Assembly (NCBI GenBank): GCA_030324005.1
Contig: JARDVH010000099.1
Span: 52,060,849 to 52,124,848, forward strand
Direction of reading: 5' to 3'
Length of the DNA stretch: 64,000 nucleotides
Source: Negaprion brevirostris
Taxonomy: Eukaryota
Shown piece after piece: positions 38,001-51,508 of the stretch. The notes under the pieces were generated by a model that worked only from the letters and a program-made list of their open reading frames with translations, made no database searches and was not told the origin of the DNA. How positions within the stretch are numbered: the stretch's first letter is position 1; every line of letters begins with the position of its first letter. A program made the position numbers and the translations under genes.

Positions 38001-41000
38001 TGAACAACTTGGGCAACTTTTAATTACCCTGAGCACCTGCCCGAAAACTAGTTTAGGTTAAAAGTGCAAATTATGGATGCTGCAAAGAAAAATCAAGCTT
38101 ACTTTGAAAACTTTATTCCCGGAGATTTTCCTGGAACATTTTGGTCTCTAATTTTGATGGCCGAGGAGAAGTATAAAATCCATGGATGTTTTAGGTGCAA
38201 GCCAAATTTCTTACGTCATTCAATAAATTCCGGGTCCAACAAGAAGCAAATTTCAAATCAAATTGTTAAGGATTTGTAGATTTGGAGTGACTGCAGAATT
38301 TATTACAATCTATTCAAAGTTCATTAAAATCCATGTTTGCGTGATCAAAGTTAGATTTCTTTAAATTAAATCTATTAAACTGTTCTTCTGAAATAACGTT
38401 GGGTTTGAGTTGTGACAGGAGCTTTTACAATGTTAAATCAGGAGAAGTAATTCCTACCTCTCCCTGTCCCTGCAAAATGAGAAAAGAGGTAAAAGTGTTT
38501 TTCTTTGCCATAACATTCAGCTATAGCACATTTTGCTACGAGACAGGGGCTTGTGTCCTTACTGGTGAAATGATGAATTTATTGTACTTAACTCAGTGAA
38601 CTGGTTAAAAATAAGTAAATTTTCCACTCTAATGAAGAGGAATAGCTGGTCCAAGGCCTGAAAAATGAACCTTTGCATCGCCAACAAAAATATCAAGTGT
38701 TTTAAACATCCCACTCCAGTCCATTTCTCTTTGAAATATGTGAAACACAGACATACGGACTAGATAGATGTGGCTGTCTTTAAACTCCTTGTTTGATTTA
38801 TTCCGCCTCTTTTGGGTCTATGTTTTCCAATTGTTTGTTTTCCATTTGAAATCCCATATCAGATTTGCAAAGAGTGCTCAGCAAGTAAATTGGTGACAGG
38901 GAATAATAAAACGTGCAGACTTGACATTCTAAAGAGATTCCAGCAAATTCGCCAACACTTAATGCTCTGTTAAAGGGCTACCATACTGCAAATAAATCAC
39001 ATCCTTTTAACTTCCTCTTCCCTGCAAAAAACAAAAACACCATCAAGAAATATTCATGTTGTTACCCAATCCAGACAAAAAAAAATGTCCTGTAAGGATC
39101 CAGATAAAGATAATTTGGTTGTAATCTCCTCAATGATCTATATACTGTATCTAAATCTATATGCAAATAGAAGCTTTCAAGCATTTAACACAATCCCCAG
39201 CATCTAGGGTGAGAGCTTTCAGTTTACATTGGCTGCTTAAATAATTTACTCTGCTTGCTTGCCTATTGGCATTGAAGCTGCTCCGGTAAAACCCACAAAG
39301 CACACTCTGAATAACCAGATGGACTAACTATGCAGCAGGTGGAACACATGGCACAGAGCCCTGTCTGATGCTGGATGCTTCAGCACGAACTAGCTTCCTT
39401 CCAGGTATATTAGCGTCAATCCAGCTTCGTCTGAAATTCTGCTTCTTTTTTTGGACTCTTCCATTTCACCTCAAAAATTGTGTGCTGACCAATTATCTCT
39501 GACGCTGTCCCTATTTTGTGAATGATTGCTGCAAGATTAATAACTCTAGTTTCTTTCAAAATGAAATGATAGCTAAGCTCAATGTTTTACCAATGTTTGC
39601 TTTACCTATAAATAGTTCAGCTGAAATGAGACAAAACTGCAAAAATAAATGTGGCAATGAATTGGACACCTATAAGTGTGCATGACTTTCAAGAATTGTT
39701 GGTTCTTCATCTGCTTAATGACCAAAATGGTGAGTATATTTGTTGATTATATATCTATAAGTTGCTAAACCTGAAAGGTGTAAATCATCCACATTTTGTA
39801 ATGACTTTCTTTTCTTTTATCAAGTCTCTCAGAGCTACTTTCCATTACATTCATTAAAAAAAACTTTGTCCTCAAATCTTAATCAGGTGCGGTCAACCTC
39901 TTTTATGAAATCTCTAAAGTTATACCACAGGGTCTAAAACCAATTGCAATAAAGTACAAAGTAAAGTTGGCTAAAGTCATATTGCAGTTGACAAATCATT
40001 TTGTACATGCCACGATAAAGCTTTGCTTCTTGGTGCGTGCTTTAACAGTAAGGCAGAGCAGGTTGGACCTTCCACTTCCTCTTAACAGTAGAAAGACCCA
40101 CTATAAAGTTTACAGGGTAGCTAGATCTTCCAACTTTTAAACCTCAGATTTTATGTCAGAGTGGATTTATAATGCACATCATCCCAAGCTCAAAATGGTT
40201 TGATACTTGGCTTTGGTGGAATTTAGGAGTTAGATTGGGTACCTGACACTGCACCTTCCATGCACACATGCATTGGAAACTGCTTCACATCAAGGCCAAA
40301 GTGCAAGAACATTTGCAATCCAAATTAAGTAAGAGCTTGGACCAATACGTTTAAAAAAAACACTGCTAAACCCTTCTCTGACTCAAATCGGTATTCATTT
40401 GATAATATGATTTTTCTTTTTGTGGAAAGTTTGGATGATTCCAATAAAAATTAAAACAAATTAATTCTAGGATGTCTTTTTAACTGGTAGGGCGGCCACC
40501 TTCCTAAGGCAACCTGCTGCTCCTTGTTTAGGAAACAAACCGTGCCTAGCGGAAGAACGCTTCTCGCTTTGGCGTGTTCTGTTTGGGTTGTCCACATCCT
40601 CTGGCACAAGCCTGTTTTTGCATTGCACACACCAGCTGCTGACTAGATTTGGACCAAACTGTTTTGTTTTAGGGAGTGACCTACTTCATGCACACAAAAC
40701 AACCTGACCAAACCCAGCTCCCCGTACTCAATCCACAAGGGGGAAAAGGAGGAAGAAAATAAATAAACAAGCTATGATTCACTGCCTTCCACGAGGGTAG
40801 AAGTTGCTGCATTTGCACAGGATTGAGATATTCCCTCAATTTATCAGGGTTAACTATCATCTTTCTTTATCCATGTTTTGTGCAATGTGTTTTGGTGGCA
40901 AGCTACTTAATGCCAACGTTGTTCTATCAAGACAAATTGGAGGCACATAACAGGGGACTAAATTGCAATTTATGATGCTGATTATAAAGAATAAGGATCG

Positions 41001-44000
41001 CTGCAGTGGATACTGTTCCTTCAAATGTGCTAACAAAATAGAACTATTTAAAGATCTAATGTAGCCATAGTTGAAGATTAGGTTGTCCAACATGAAATTA
41101 AAATCTGGCTTTCTACCCAAGCTTGAGCTGAGGAATTGAAAAGAACTTGACAAAAAGGTCCAAATATTAATTACAATATCCACGGGGACTATCCTGGAGT
41201 TCAGAAGCAGCAGCCAACTGAAGCACTATTGAATCACTCTAACTTATAAGCTTTTGCATGTAAACCCCTTTTCTAAAAACATTATCTTAAAAATAAAACA
41301 GGCTTCAACTCTTGGAAATAGCTTTTCAACTTTTCTGGATTCATAGAAATTAAAATTTTAGAGCTTAGAAATGATTTTTTTCCCTTCCCATCTGCTTTCT
41401 GTAACAAATTGAAAAAGTAACCCTCTGGATTGCATGCTTGCCTAAAGCAGACTAAATGAAAATGAAATAGCTGTACTAAATCGACTTTGGGAAAAGGTAG
41501 TCATTTTACGTACGTCTCTCTGGTTGAATTATCCAACACTGACGCAAGTAGAAAAATAAAATTCAAACACTGAGATGCCACAGCATGGCTTACTGCCGTT
41601 TGAATTGATATCCAAAGTATGAATCATTGAGTTTCACTGATGTAAAACTTGGTATTTTATTCACACTGGGTAACAAGCTGCCTCCAGAAATGATTGCCCA
41701 TGCCTGTTCAAAATATATCAACATTTCAAAGCTCTCATCATTTTATCGAGTAGTTGAACAGGACAATTATTGCAACCTGCACTTTCTATGTTATCTGAGG
41801 CACCGTCATGATAAAAATTGAAGTGTTACAAACGTAATAAAGCTAAATTAATACGTGTTGGAGCCTTTACTCACCTAAATTTTATATGCATGCTTGACTT
41901 AAATTATTCAAATCAGGATTAAACATATACCAGTTAATATTTATTTTCAGAATTTCTCAATTTTGGGAGTTTGAATATCTTGTTCTTTTAAAAAATATAT
42001 ATTCATCAAGGTAATTTACAAGTTAGACAAAGAATAATGCATGAACGAACAGAATAACATATAAAAGACAGGATGGAAAGGCAAATCTTTAGCAGCAGTA
42101 AGATATAAAGTCAGCGTCAGAGTTATCTGCTGGAGAATTCAAAGACTGGACAAGTGGACAATACAGGCATTGGGCCCCAAGTGAAGCTGGACATATACTT
42201 GTTCTGAAATGTCTTATCTGTGTAACCTGCTGGGATTAGTTTAACACAGTAAAGCCAATTATAGCACTTGCCATTACGCCAGCTATCTCCAACCACCACC
42301 CCCACCTCCCCCATCCCCCGTCCCTTACAGGCACTTTTATGTCTGAGCACTGCCCTTAAGTGTGGAATGAACCTCTCCTCTTGATTCCCAGAAAGAACAA
42401 TCATACAAATAAAGCCAAGCCTGTGCTGTGATTCAGCAGCAGTGTTGAAGCAGGCAAGACCCATTCCATCTGTGGAGCTGCGGCCATATGATTGATTGGA
42501 CAGGTGTCATTCATTCTCATGTTAAAACCTGACAGTGCTGATCTGTAAGGCTCTCCCGACTAATACAGTCTGAAGCCAATTACATTGCTCCATATGGGTA
42601 CAGTAAAGTGGCCACCGCAACAAACAGTTGCGCCTTGCTCGTGCCACGATAGCTTGAGCGGTCATTTAAGGAAAGGCCATTTTGTCAAGAGAGACCCAAG
42701 CCCGCCTTGCTGCACCACCCTTTAATGTGCCTTATATCAATTTACATTTTGCTTACACTTGAGGTGACACTTGGTAATGGCCGAACAGGTATTTCAGCGT
42801 AAGTGTGGCAGGGGGAGAAAGGAACGTTAGGAACCTGGTGAGCAACTTTTTTTTTTCGTTGTCGCTTCAAGTCCAGGGAGAGAGAAGCAAAGGAAGATGC
42901 AATAACTGAGCAGCAAGCCAGCAAGATTGTTCATGTCAGAGCCACACTATCAAACACACGTGAAGTATGATTGGGGACACAGGGGGTAAATATTTCACTG
43001 CCAGACAGTACTGAAAGCTGCAATTCATTTCTCTCTCGGTTTAGGACAATGACAATTTAATACAAGGCAAGTGAATGTAAAAGAGATAATACAGCACAAA
43101 CTGCTTCAGTGTAATCGCCTATTTCCTCTGGAGAGCTTAACCACAGTGGCACAGGCACACATTGAGCAGATCAAAAATATATTGTTTTTTTTTCCTCAAG
43201 CTTTCCAATTAAAATATTATTGGTAGGCTTCTGCAGCTCTGGAAGGCTTACTGAACACAAAGACAGGGAATACACTTGTTTTACAAAAAGAAGCTTTGGT
43301 GAGAAATGAAATCAGGAGCCGCAAAGGTTTTTTCTTTATTTTTACTGCAGGTTAATTACTGTAGCACAGGAGGCTCTGATAACAAAAGAGTGCAGCCAAA
43401 CACATTCAAATGAACACACTAAATAGCCGTATTCCCTGGAAATGCAAGGTTGTCACAGTGAACATCCCAGCACCTTTCAAATGGAGCTCTGACCTCTTGC
43501 AATATTTAAAGCTCCGTGCAAATATGCAAAACCAGCTGAACAGCAGGGGGGAAAGAAAACTCCGCTGAGGCATTTTTGAGCACTGAAGGTATTTTCATAC
43601 AGGTTTGTGACGTTCTCCCCCTTACCCCGAGCCTGTTGCTGACTTGAACAGGGGTGATCATTTAAAGAGATGAATGATACAATGAAAAGTAAAATAACTT
43701 GAGACAAGTTGTCAGCTAACTGAGATCAAGGCACAGTTTATTCCCCCCCCCCCCCCGCCGCCAATCCCCTCACTGCTCCCCCCCACAACATCCCCACCCC
43801 ACCGCAGCAACAACCCCCCCCCCGTCCTTTTTTTGCTGCAAGCTGCCAGTTAGAAATCCCCCTTTATTCTTCAAAAACAAAGGCCATGTGTACAAATTTC
43901 ATTTGGATGCAACTACATTAAGCAGATTATAAAAAGCAATCGTACAAATTAGCTTTTAGAGCAGGAAATCAAAAAAGCTCGTTTTTTAAAAAAAAATCCT

Positions 44001-44342
44001 CACATCCCTTAAAATGAAGCACTAAAAAAAATCTACATATAAAATAGATACAGAAGAAATATATAGCATTTGACAGCACAGTGCTCGTCCATTCCTTTGG
44101 CTTTCTCACATCTTTGGCTAAATTACAAATAGCAGCACAATATGCAGTAACAGTAGACTGCTTCTGGGAATCTGGAGATAATTCAGAAAACATCCGTTGC
44201 ACTGAAGAGTAGGACGTAATCCTGGCACAAAACATGCAAGCAAGCAGCACAGACACACAGGGAGATACACACATATACAGCAAACCCCTATAGCCCTGCA
44301 AAGCAAAAAGCCCAGAATGGGGAGGAAAGAAAAGGTACCTAC

Positions 44343-44398
44343 TCTTCGTCGTAGTGGAGAGAAAAAGATTCAGGGAGACAAAGTTCTACCAAATCCAT
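44343..44398 (-). CDS. ESRRG: ESRRG coding exon 1 (long-isoform N-terminus), 56 nt
   Basis: Minus strand reads ATG GAT TTG GTA GAA CTT TGT CTC CCT GAA TCT TTT TCT CTC CAC TAC GAC GAA GA|GTAGGT = MDLVELCLPESFSLHYDE+GA, matching the vertebrate ERR-gamma N-terminus MDSVELCLPESFSLHYEEE. The phase-2 donor joins exon 2 (GA+G = E, then LLCRMSAKD). Confidence 0.95.
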
Positions 44399-44700
44399 GT
44401 GCGCTCAGCACCATTATTCGAGCCCACACTCCTGGCAATAAATCAAAGTTCCCTGACAGAGTGGCGCAATTAACACAAATGTTCTCTGGTGACAGCCTAT
44501 AGGCAAAGCCAGCTGGGACCAGGCTCGCACTCTCCTAATCAAGGTCTTAAAGTCCCGATTGTAGCTTATTAATATGAAGCAGGTCTTTACATATGCAATC
44601 CCCGACCTCACCAGTCATCGCATTGGTGGGATTGCAGCCAGTCAGAGCAAAGCACTGCAGACAGGACAATTCCTACACTGGCTTAGGGAAGCAATGCAGG
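44399..44700 (-). promoter_or_regulatory. ESRRG: ESRRG exon-1 5'UTR (~44399-44567) and proximal promoter
   Basis: Lies directly upstream of the exon-1 ATG. Minus-strand sequence AAGCTACAATCGGGACTTTAAGACCTTGATTAGGAGAGTG...GCCTATAGGCTGTCACCAGAGAACATTTGTGTTAATTGC resembles the mammalian ESRRG 5'UTR as I recall it (not verified). CCAAT on the minus strand at 44622-44626. Confidence 0.7.
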
Positions 44701-47700
44701 TACAGTAGGCGGGAAGTCTCTAAACAGGGAGGAGGGAAGCAAAATTCCACAACCATATACAGTACAGCATTTAAAGCACAATTTTCCATTTGCCTTTAAA
44801 CAGTGTACAAAAGCAGCTTAAAGGCACAGTGCTCGTTTGCTCGTTTGCTGAAGTTCCTGTGAAAATGACTGACTGTGCTAATAGAATTCATTTTACTACA
44901 GGTTTAATACAATTATTTTGCCTGTAGTATTCTTAATAAAATTCTTGTGGAGTAGAATTAAATATTTACAGTAGTTCTTTTCTGTGCCTTTCTACATAAA
45001 ATCCATGAGGTTATTTTATACTCTTTTGATAGCTAAACTGTCTTTCCCAAAGCATTGTAAAGGCAATCACCATTTTATCTTGTAAAAAGATTAAAATCTA
45101 AACACAGACTGCACCATATCCTGAAAGCTGCTCTTAAAGGGCTCTCGCGCCATTTTTACCTTTTTCCCTCTAAATTTAAAAGTCAGTTAATAGATTTCAC
45201 ACATTAAGCCAGCTATGTTAACAAATATTTTCTTAATTTTGCAAAGTGGCTTTTATTCTCTCCCTCTCTTGCCAATTTAGAATAAAGCCAAGGGCTCATG
45301 AGGAAAAAGTTAACAGGGGGAGCTTTTACACCTTTATATTCAACTTGAAAACTAAGAATCCATTAGAAGAATGGTGACAAATACTTCCCCTGTGCAAACA
45401 CCAATATCTTTACCGTGTTGACATGAATTGCTTGCTACAGAGCAATACGCCGATGTGGCTTGAAGCAATTGTAGAAAGGCTAACCGGCGTCAAAGCCATT
45501 GCAAGAACTGTTCTGAAATACAGCTCCTCCAATCATAGTCTCCTTCCAATGATGCGAGCTCCAACAGCTGGCTGTCTCTCTGCATTCTGTTAACCCAATG
45601 CAAACCCCTTTTACCGTCCAGAAGCAAAGCTGCCTCAGAATTGCTTCTGATATTGAATTAGCCATTCTGCAACCGCAGATGCAGTGGTAGTTGCTCGCTT
45701 GTAAGTATATATTAAAGGTTTGGTCATCTTTCAATAAAGTTGAAAATATCTTCAGAAAGAAGAATTCTGTCTAATTATGGCATGGGTGAGGACCAGATTC
45801 AGCTGAGTTTGCAGATTTCATCAACAGGCAGTTTCACTGTATTAAGATTCAATTATTGACATTTACGTGCCAGGGAATCAAAGATCAAGTACAAGTAATT
45901 TTTGCTACAATTCATACATTTGTCTAGTCTAACACATCAAAAAAATTTACTTAGAAGCGCTAAACGTTCGCATTCATATTTCTCGTTTTTCAGAATTTTT
46001 CCCCTTATAACTTAAATTCCACTTATACAATGTTCAAGTCAAATGCAGTAAATTAACGATATACCTGTCAGTACTTACATATGGAAAAAACGCCATTCAA
46101 ACGGCACTGGAAGACTGCATTAGGTTGTCACTTTAGAAGATCCTGGCACTGTATGGGCATTGGAGGCATAGTCCTTTGCCAGAGTTTCGCAGCCCAGATG
46201 CACACACGCGCTCCTCACACTACACTTACAGTTCTCCAGATAAAACACCACATGGCTGCGCCCAGCTCCTCTGACTTTCAAATCACCCAGGAGAACATTT
46301 TAAATAGAAACAAGATGTTTATCGTAATTCCAAGCCATCCCTCTTTAAAAAAAACTGTTGCACGTATACAATGACAAAACATTTTTTTTTCTCTCTTTTC
46401 TGGTTCCAAACAGGAGGAGCAACCATGCACCTAGCTCCATCAATCGCACATGACCAGCCCTTGATATTGTTATACGCTGTACTGACAGTACGTACCTACA
46501 ATCTATTTCATCTCTGATGTGCTGCTTAGAAGAAATGTTATCATGTGCAATGGCCTGGATCATATGGTATTGACCAGCCCGACACATTTCATATTTATTT
46601 TGTGTGTCGGATCCTGCTTTTTTGGTGGGATTGTGTCAACTGGCCACAGCACATACCAACAGAACCTGCAAAATCTGCTTCAGCACAGACCCAGCCACTT
46701 TGCACTCGCCAAAGTGAGAATTCCGCATCCTTTCTAAACACAAACTTTGCATTAACCCAATGTTTGGCAATAAGCACAGAGGAAAGCATAAGCAATCGGC
46801 TGTGTATTTGTATACAGAATACATTTCTTCCCGAAGTCAGTGAGAACACGTCACTGTTCGATGCAGCTACAGTGGACGTAGCGCCACGGACACGGCCACC
46901 TAAAAATACCACACCTTCATGGAGAAAGGGGGGAAGGCTCGCAAAGCATCTCAGCAACATACAGGCTTACAAATGCAGCACGCTGTCAAAAGCGATCATC
47001 ATATCATGCTGCATATCTTCCTGTTCCGTTGATGCAAATGCCAACAGAAAATCTCCACTCTCCCTGACAAATCTACATCTGTACAAGAAAAGAGATGCTA
47101 TTTTCCGGCACTTCTGCTGCTCCAATTATTATTATTTCACAATCTATCCAACTCTTACACCCAACTGCGCAAAACAGTTGCATCGCGTGGGAAATCGATC
47201 ACAAATTATATAAATATGCTACTGCACTTGTGGATGTGGGATTTTTATTTTAAATTAATTCAAATTAAGAATGGCTGCTCCATTAACGGGCAATTCGCCT
47301 CTCATCACCGACACATTAACCCATAAAGTACTGGTGCCCTTTAAAAGCATTAATATTTCGCGCAGTATTCTCTGTGCACTAATGATCTGTAAATTCAAAA
47401 ACCTAATGAGTGCAACATTAAATAAATGCAATAATCAGCCAATTTAAAATAAAATGTATTCCAATGGATGTAAATGCTGCAATTTGCTCTGCCCTTTATT
47501 TCTGGTAAACTCATTCTTGCCAGGATATTGGGGCTAAAGCAGGCAGCTGCATGTTCTTGCATGAACCACAAATGCAGTATACTTAACCCAATCCTGAAAG
47601 GTACTGCTTTGACAATGCAATATTGTAAAATAGAACACTGTAACCAAGAAGTCATGAAGCGATATATATCGCACAAATGCCAAGTTACATTTAGCAGAGT

Positions 47701-47912
47701 CTTTAATAGCTCAATTTTTTTACTGTTGAATAACTGACAAGATAAATAACAATTTTTTCAGTTTGTAAATGCTGGAAAAAATCCAAATTCATCTGTTTTG
47801 GGTCCATCATTAATAAACTATTGAAAGCATATAGGAACATGTAAGCCACAAGCATGAATTTCACAGATCAACGTGACGTAACCAACTAATAAGCACTTCA
47901 AAGAATTTTTTC

Positions 47913-48222
47913 ATAGAATTCCTACAGTACAGAAAGAGGCCATTCAGCCCATCAATCCTGCACCAATATCAATCCCAGTTATCGCCATAACTCCACATAT
48001 TTATCCTGCTAATCCAACTGACACTAAGGGATAATTTAGCACGGACAATCATCCTAATTCATTCAGTTTTGGACTGTGGGAGGAAACCGGAGCACCCGGA
48101 GGAAATGGGCACAGACATGGGAAGAATGTGCAAACTCCACACAGGCAGTCACCCGAAGCCGGAATTGAACCCATGTCCTTGGCGCTGTGAGGCAACAGTG
48201 CTAACCACTGTGCCACCCTGCT
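47913..48222 (-). mobile_element. HE1-like V-SINE (CR1-type tail)
   Basis: ATAGAATTCCTACAGTACAGAAAGAGGCCATTCAGCCCATC...TTTGGACTGTGGGAGGAAACCGGAGCACCCGGAGGAAA...GTGCTAACCACTGTGCCACCCTGC. Confidence 0.9.
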
Positions 48223-50352
48223 GCACTTGGGAACACCCACCTGCAAAGTGATGGAGTAAGTGTTGCTTGTGTTTGCTCAATTTTGATCCTTACCTCTTGG
48301 CTTCATACACGTTTTAACATTAGAAGATAGATTTTATTTTGAACAGCCACTTACTTCCACCCTCATCAGGAGGTTTAAGTATTTTGAGGATGGAAATAAC
48401 ACAAAAAAACATAAACAATATTGACTTGATATCTAAAATAGTGCTTTTGAAAAGTGCTTGCTGGGTGTTTTGTAACCAGTGGATTAAAGGAATGTTTCTA
48501 CTGATTACAAAATGTACCCAAAACATACAGTCGATGGACTTCTGCATCACCTGTAATTTTACATTTACATCCATTTTACATTCAATGACAGTGCTGCAAT
48601 CAGAATTTGTATCCAAAATAGTTCTATATTTTAAATCCAGTGTGTTAAATATTTTTAATAATTGCATCAATCATTGGTGTGGGTAAGTAACTCATGCATC
48701 TGACAATAAGAAGTTGTGCCAATTGTTTTGGTCAGCAAGTTTCTGGGTATTCTTTATTTCATTTGAGGACCAGCAGAGACAATCCTGAAATGCTTTGCTT
48801 TTAAGCTGTGATCACTGGTCACTAAAATATCCTGCTATTCCATTCCTGACAATAGAGGGCAGTGATGACTCTATGCTTCCTTCCAAGGAGCACAATGAAC
48901 ATCCACAATGTTCTTTTCGTCTGCGACTACAGTCCTTAACCAACATGCACCTATCTTCAGAAAGTGCAGGCAATGAAAGAAAGGACACATGCATGCATCA
49001 GATACTGAGTTTACCCTCATGAGGTACACTGTTGCCCAATTGATATGAACAACTGATAAAATAATCACCATGGGCATCAGGCAATGCAATTGTCACGTTG
49101 AAAAAAAAAGGTGGCAGGTCGCAGGCACCCTACCATTTTGATATGTTAATAGCTCTTCTTGGCCTGTGGGTGGTCTGCTTTTGATGCTATTAACAACTTC
49201 AGCACTAAATCAAGTGACTGGTATATTCAGGGGAATCGATTCAAAATCTTCACCCCATTTAAACCCTTTGATAATATTCATATGATGGAAAAATAATTTA
49301 CATATGTTTAAGGAAAAGAATAACATGCAACATTCTTTATTTTGGATTAATTTAACACTGTCCTGTAGATCATGTTCGCTCCACATTCCTGCATTACAGC
49401 ACGATAGAAGGCATGGAAATAAAGGGATTTCAGCAATTTAATTGTTATAAGCAATTCAGTCTTTCTTAGCATGTTAATTCACGCTTAATATTTTCATAAA
49501 ATGTGATTCTTCAAACTGAGCCTCTAGTATTCGCAGGGTTAATGCAATGCACTCTCAACATTGCATACATACGCACCATATCGGTGCACAATACATCAAC
49601 TTTATCTATGCATCATTTAGCCTTTTTAAGCTGGCAAAATGAATTGTGATTTTCCATTTCATATCAGCTAATCACGAGGCATAGCTCTTTAACCACTACA
49701 ATACATTTAATCCCGCACTCCATACACACTCCAAATAATGCATAGCATGCGGGTAATTAAAAGTGTCAATTAATTGGGAATCAAGCAGAGCCCTACCACC
49801 TTGTCTCCCAGGCCACATTTCACAGATCGTTTTATTTGTGTGTCCCTGATCTAAACGTTTGCAGCAGTTAAGGCTTTTGAGAGAGACATTACTTCTGACA
49901 CATCGCAGAAATATGTTTAAAATGAAAAGTGGAAGTGGTAGTTATAGTTTACAGAGCACAATCATGCCTTCACGGTTCCTGACATGTCCCCTGCTACTTT
50001 TCCATGTTGTTTAATTTCACCATGAGCGCTAGTAACAAAGTAAATGAAGAGCTCTTAGGCTTCACTTCACTACCTGAATTTTTTTATATAGTCTTGTAAC
50101 AATAAGCAGCACATATATTTAATACAAACTTCAAATAAAGTGTGCAAATACCACAGAGGCATACCTTTACGATCACTTTCAGAATGAGTGTGGTGGGCTC
50201 ACTCCCAATGCCTGCAGCCTTTACATACTACAGTTCTGAATCCTTGAAAGCTCAGCAAGGATGCACTGTTGCATCAAAATCACCACAATTATATTTCTTC
50301 TGTTAACTATATCTGCATAAATGGTGAACCCCCAATCCCACTTGAAGCCAAC

Positions 50353-50476
50353 GGCCAGAATTTTACCACCCCGCCCGCCCCAGAATCGGGGAGAGCAAAA
50401 CTCGCAGAACAGCATGCTCTGTTGGTCTCCGGTGGGATCTTACAACCCTCGGGCAGGCGGGCGGTAAAATTCCGGC
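50353..50476. mobile_element. MITE (Harbinger/Tourist-like)
   Basis: GCCAGAATTTTACC...GGTAAAATTCCGGC terminal inverted repeat plus internal CCGCCCGCC / GGCGGGCGG. Confidence 0.8.
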
Positions 50477-50564
50477 AAGTGTTCTTAAGCACTTTCCTAC
50501 CACCCATTCCATAGCAGTACAAGTGAGGGACAAAGTTCCTTTATATTTTTTTTCACAGACATTA

Positions 50565-50800
50565 CAGAATCCCTACAGTGCAGAAGGCAGCTATTCCGTC
50601 CATTAGATCTGCACTAACTCTCAGACAGAGCATTCCATCCTAACCCAACATTGGATAGTCAGGGCAATTTAGCATGGCCAATTCACCCAACCTGCACATC
50701 TGTGGGAGGAAACCAGAGAACATGCAAATTCCACACAGTCACCCAAGGCCTGAATTGAACCCTAATCACTGGTGCTGTGAGGCAGCAGTGCTGCCGTGCT
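50565..50800 (-). mobile_element. HE1-like V-SINE, internally deleted
   Basis: AGAATCCCTACAGTGCAGAAGG..GGGCAATTTAGCATGGCCAAT..TGTGGGAGGAAACC..GCTGTGAGGCAGCAGTGCT. Confidence 0.85.
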
Positions 50801-51464
50801 AACCCATTTACAGGTATAACAGCATTTATAATTATCACGTTAATTCCGGAATGGAATGCATATCGGATTGAACCTGATGGATAAAATCTTTCCAGACAAT
50901 CCAGGGAACGAAAGGGGCAGCGAAGGTAATTTTCACAGAAATTTCAGTGTAAATCAAACTTGCAGTATTTTATCAGTTGTACTTCCTCCCTGGAGGGCGG
51001 AGTGGGGGAGATGATGGGGAGGTGGTGGTAGAGAGGCAATGGCCAGGCAGTCAAAAGCTGAAGTCTTGAAACAAACTACCCACAACAAATGATTTCATGG
51101 CCCTAATAAGAACCAAAATGCACTCTTTGGCTAGCAGATATTCTGGGCTCACTTAAACAATTGGAGGCTATATATGAATCTAGCTGAATTTGCCAATGCT
51201 AACAACAGTGCCATTAAACCGGCGACTGCTAAGTACGCTGCAGAATGAGAGGAAGCAGGGGTTTAGAGAATGCAAGGAACCTGTGCACCAGGTTAATTCA
51301 GTAGTCTTGGAATTCTGGTGGAACTGCAAAATTTCTACATGATGCAGAGTTTCCACAGAGCCGACATTGCCACCGTCCAAAGCCTTAGCTGTAGTGGTAC
51401 TGGTGGGAGGGCTTGTTTAACCCCTATTATCTGAAAGCAGTTACACAAGGGACCTCATACAGGA

Positions 51465-51471
51465 GCGCGCG

Positions 51472-51505
<34 letters not shown>

Positions 51506-51508
51506 CAC
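51465..51508. repeat. (GC)n-(AC)n microsatellite, alternating purine-pyrimidine tract
   Basis: GCGCGCGCAT followed by an (AC)n run and ATGCAC. Confidence 0.9.

Noticed and set aside
46545-47213. 222-aa plus-strand ORF
   Set aside because: No recognisable domain or splice context, with Cys/Ser-rich random composition. Probably a chance ORF, possibly in an old DNA-transposon relic.
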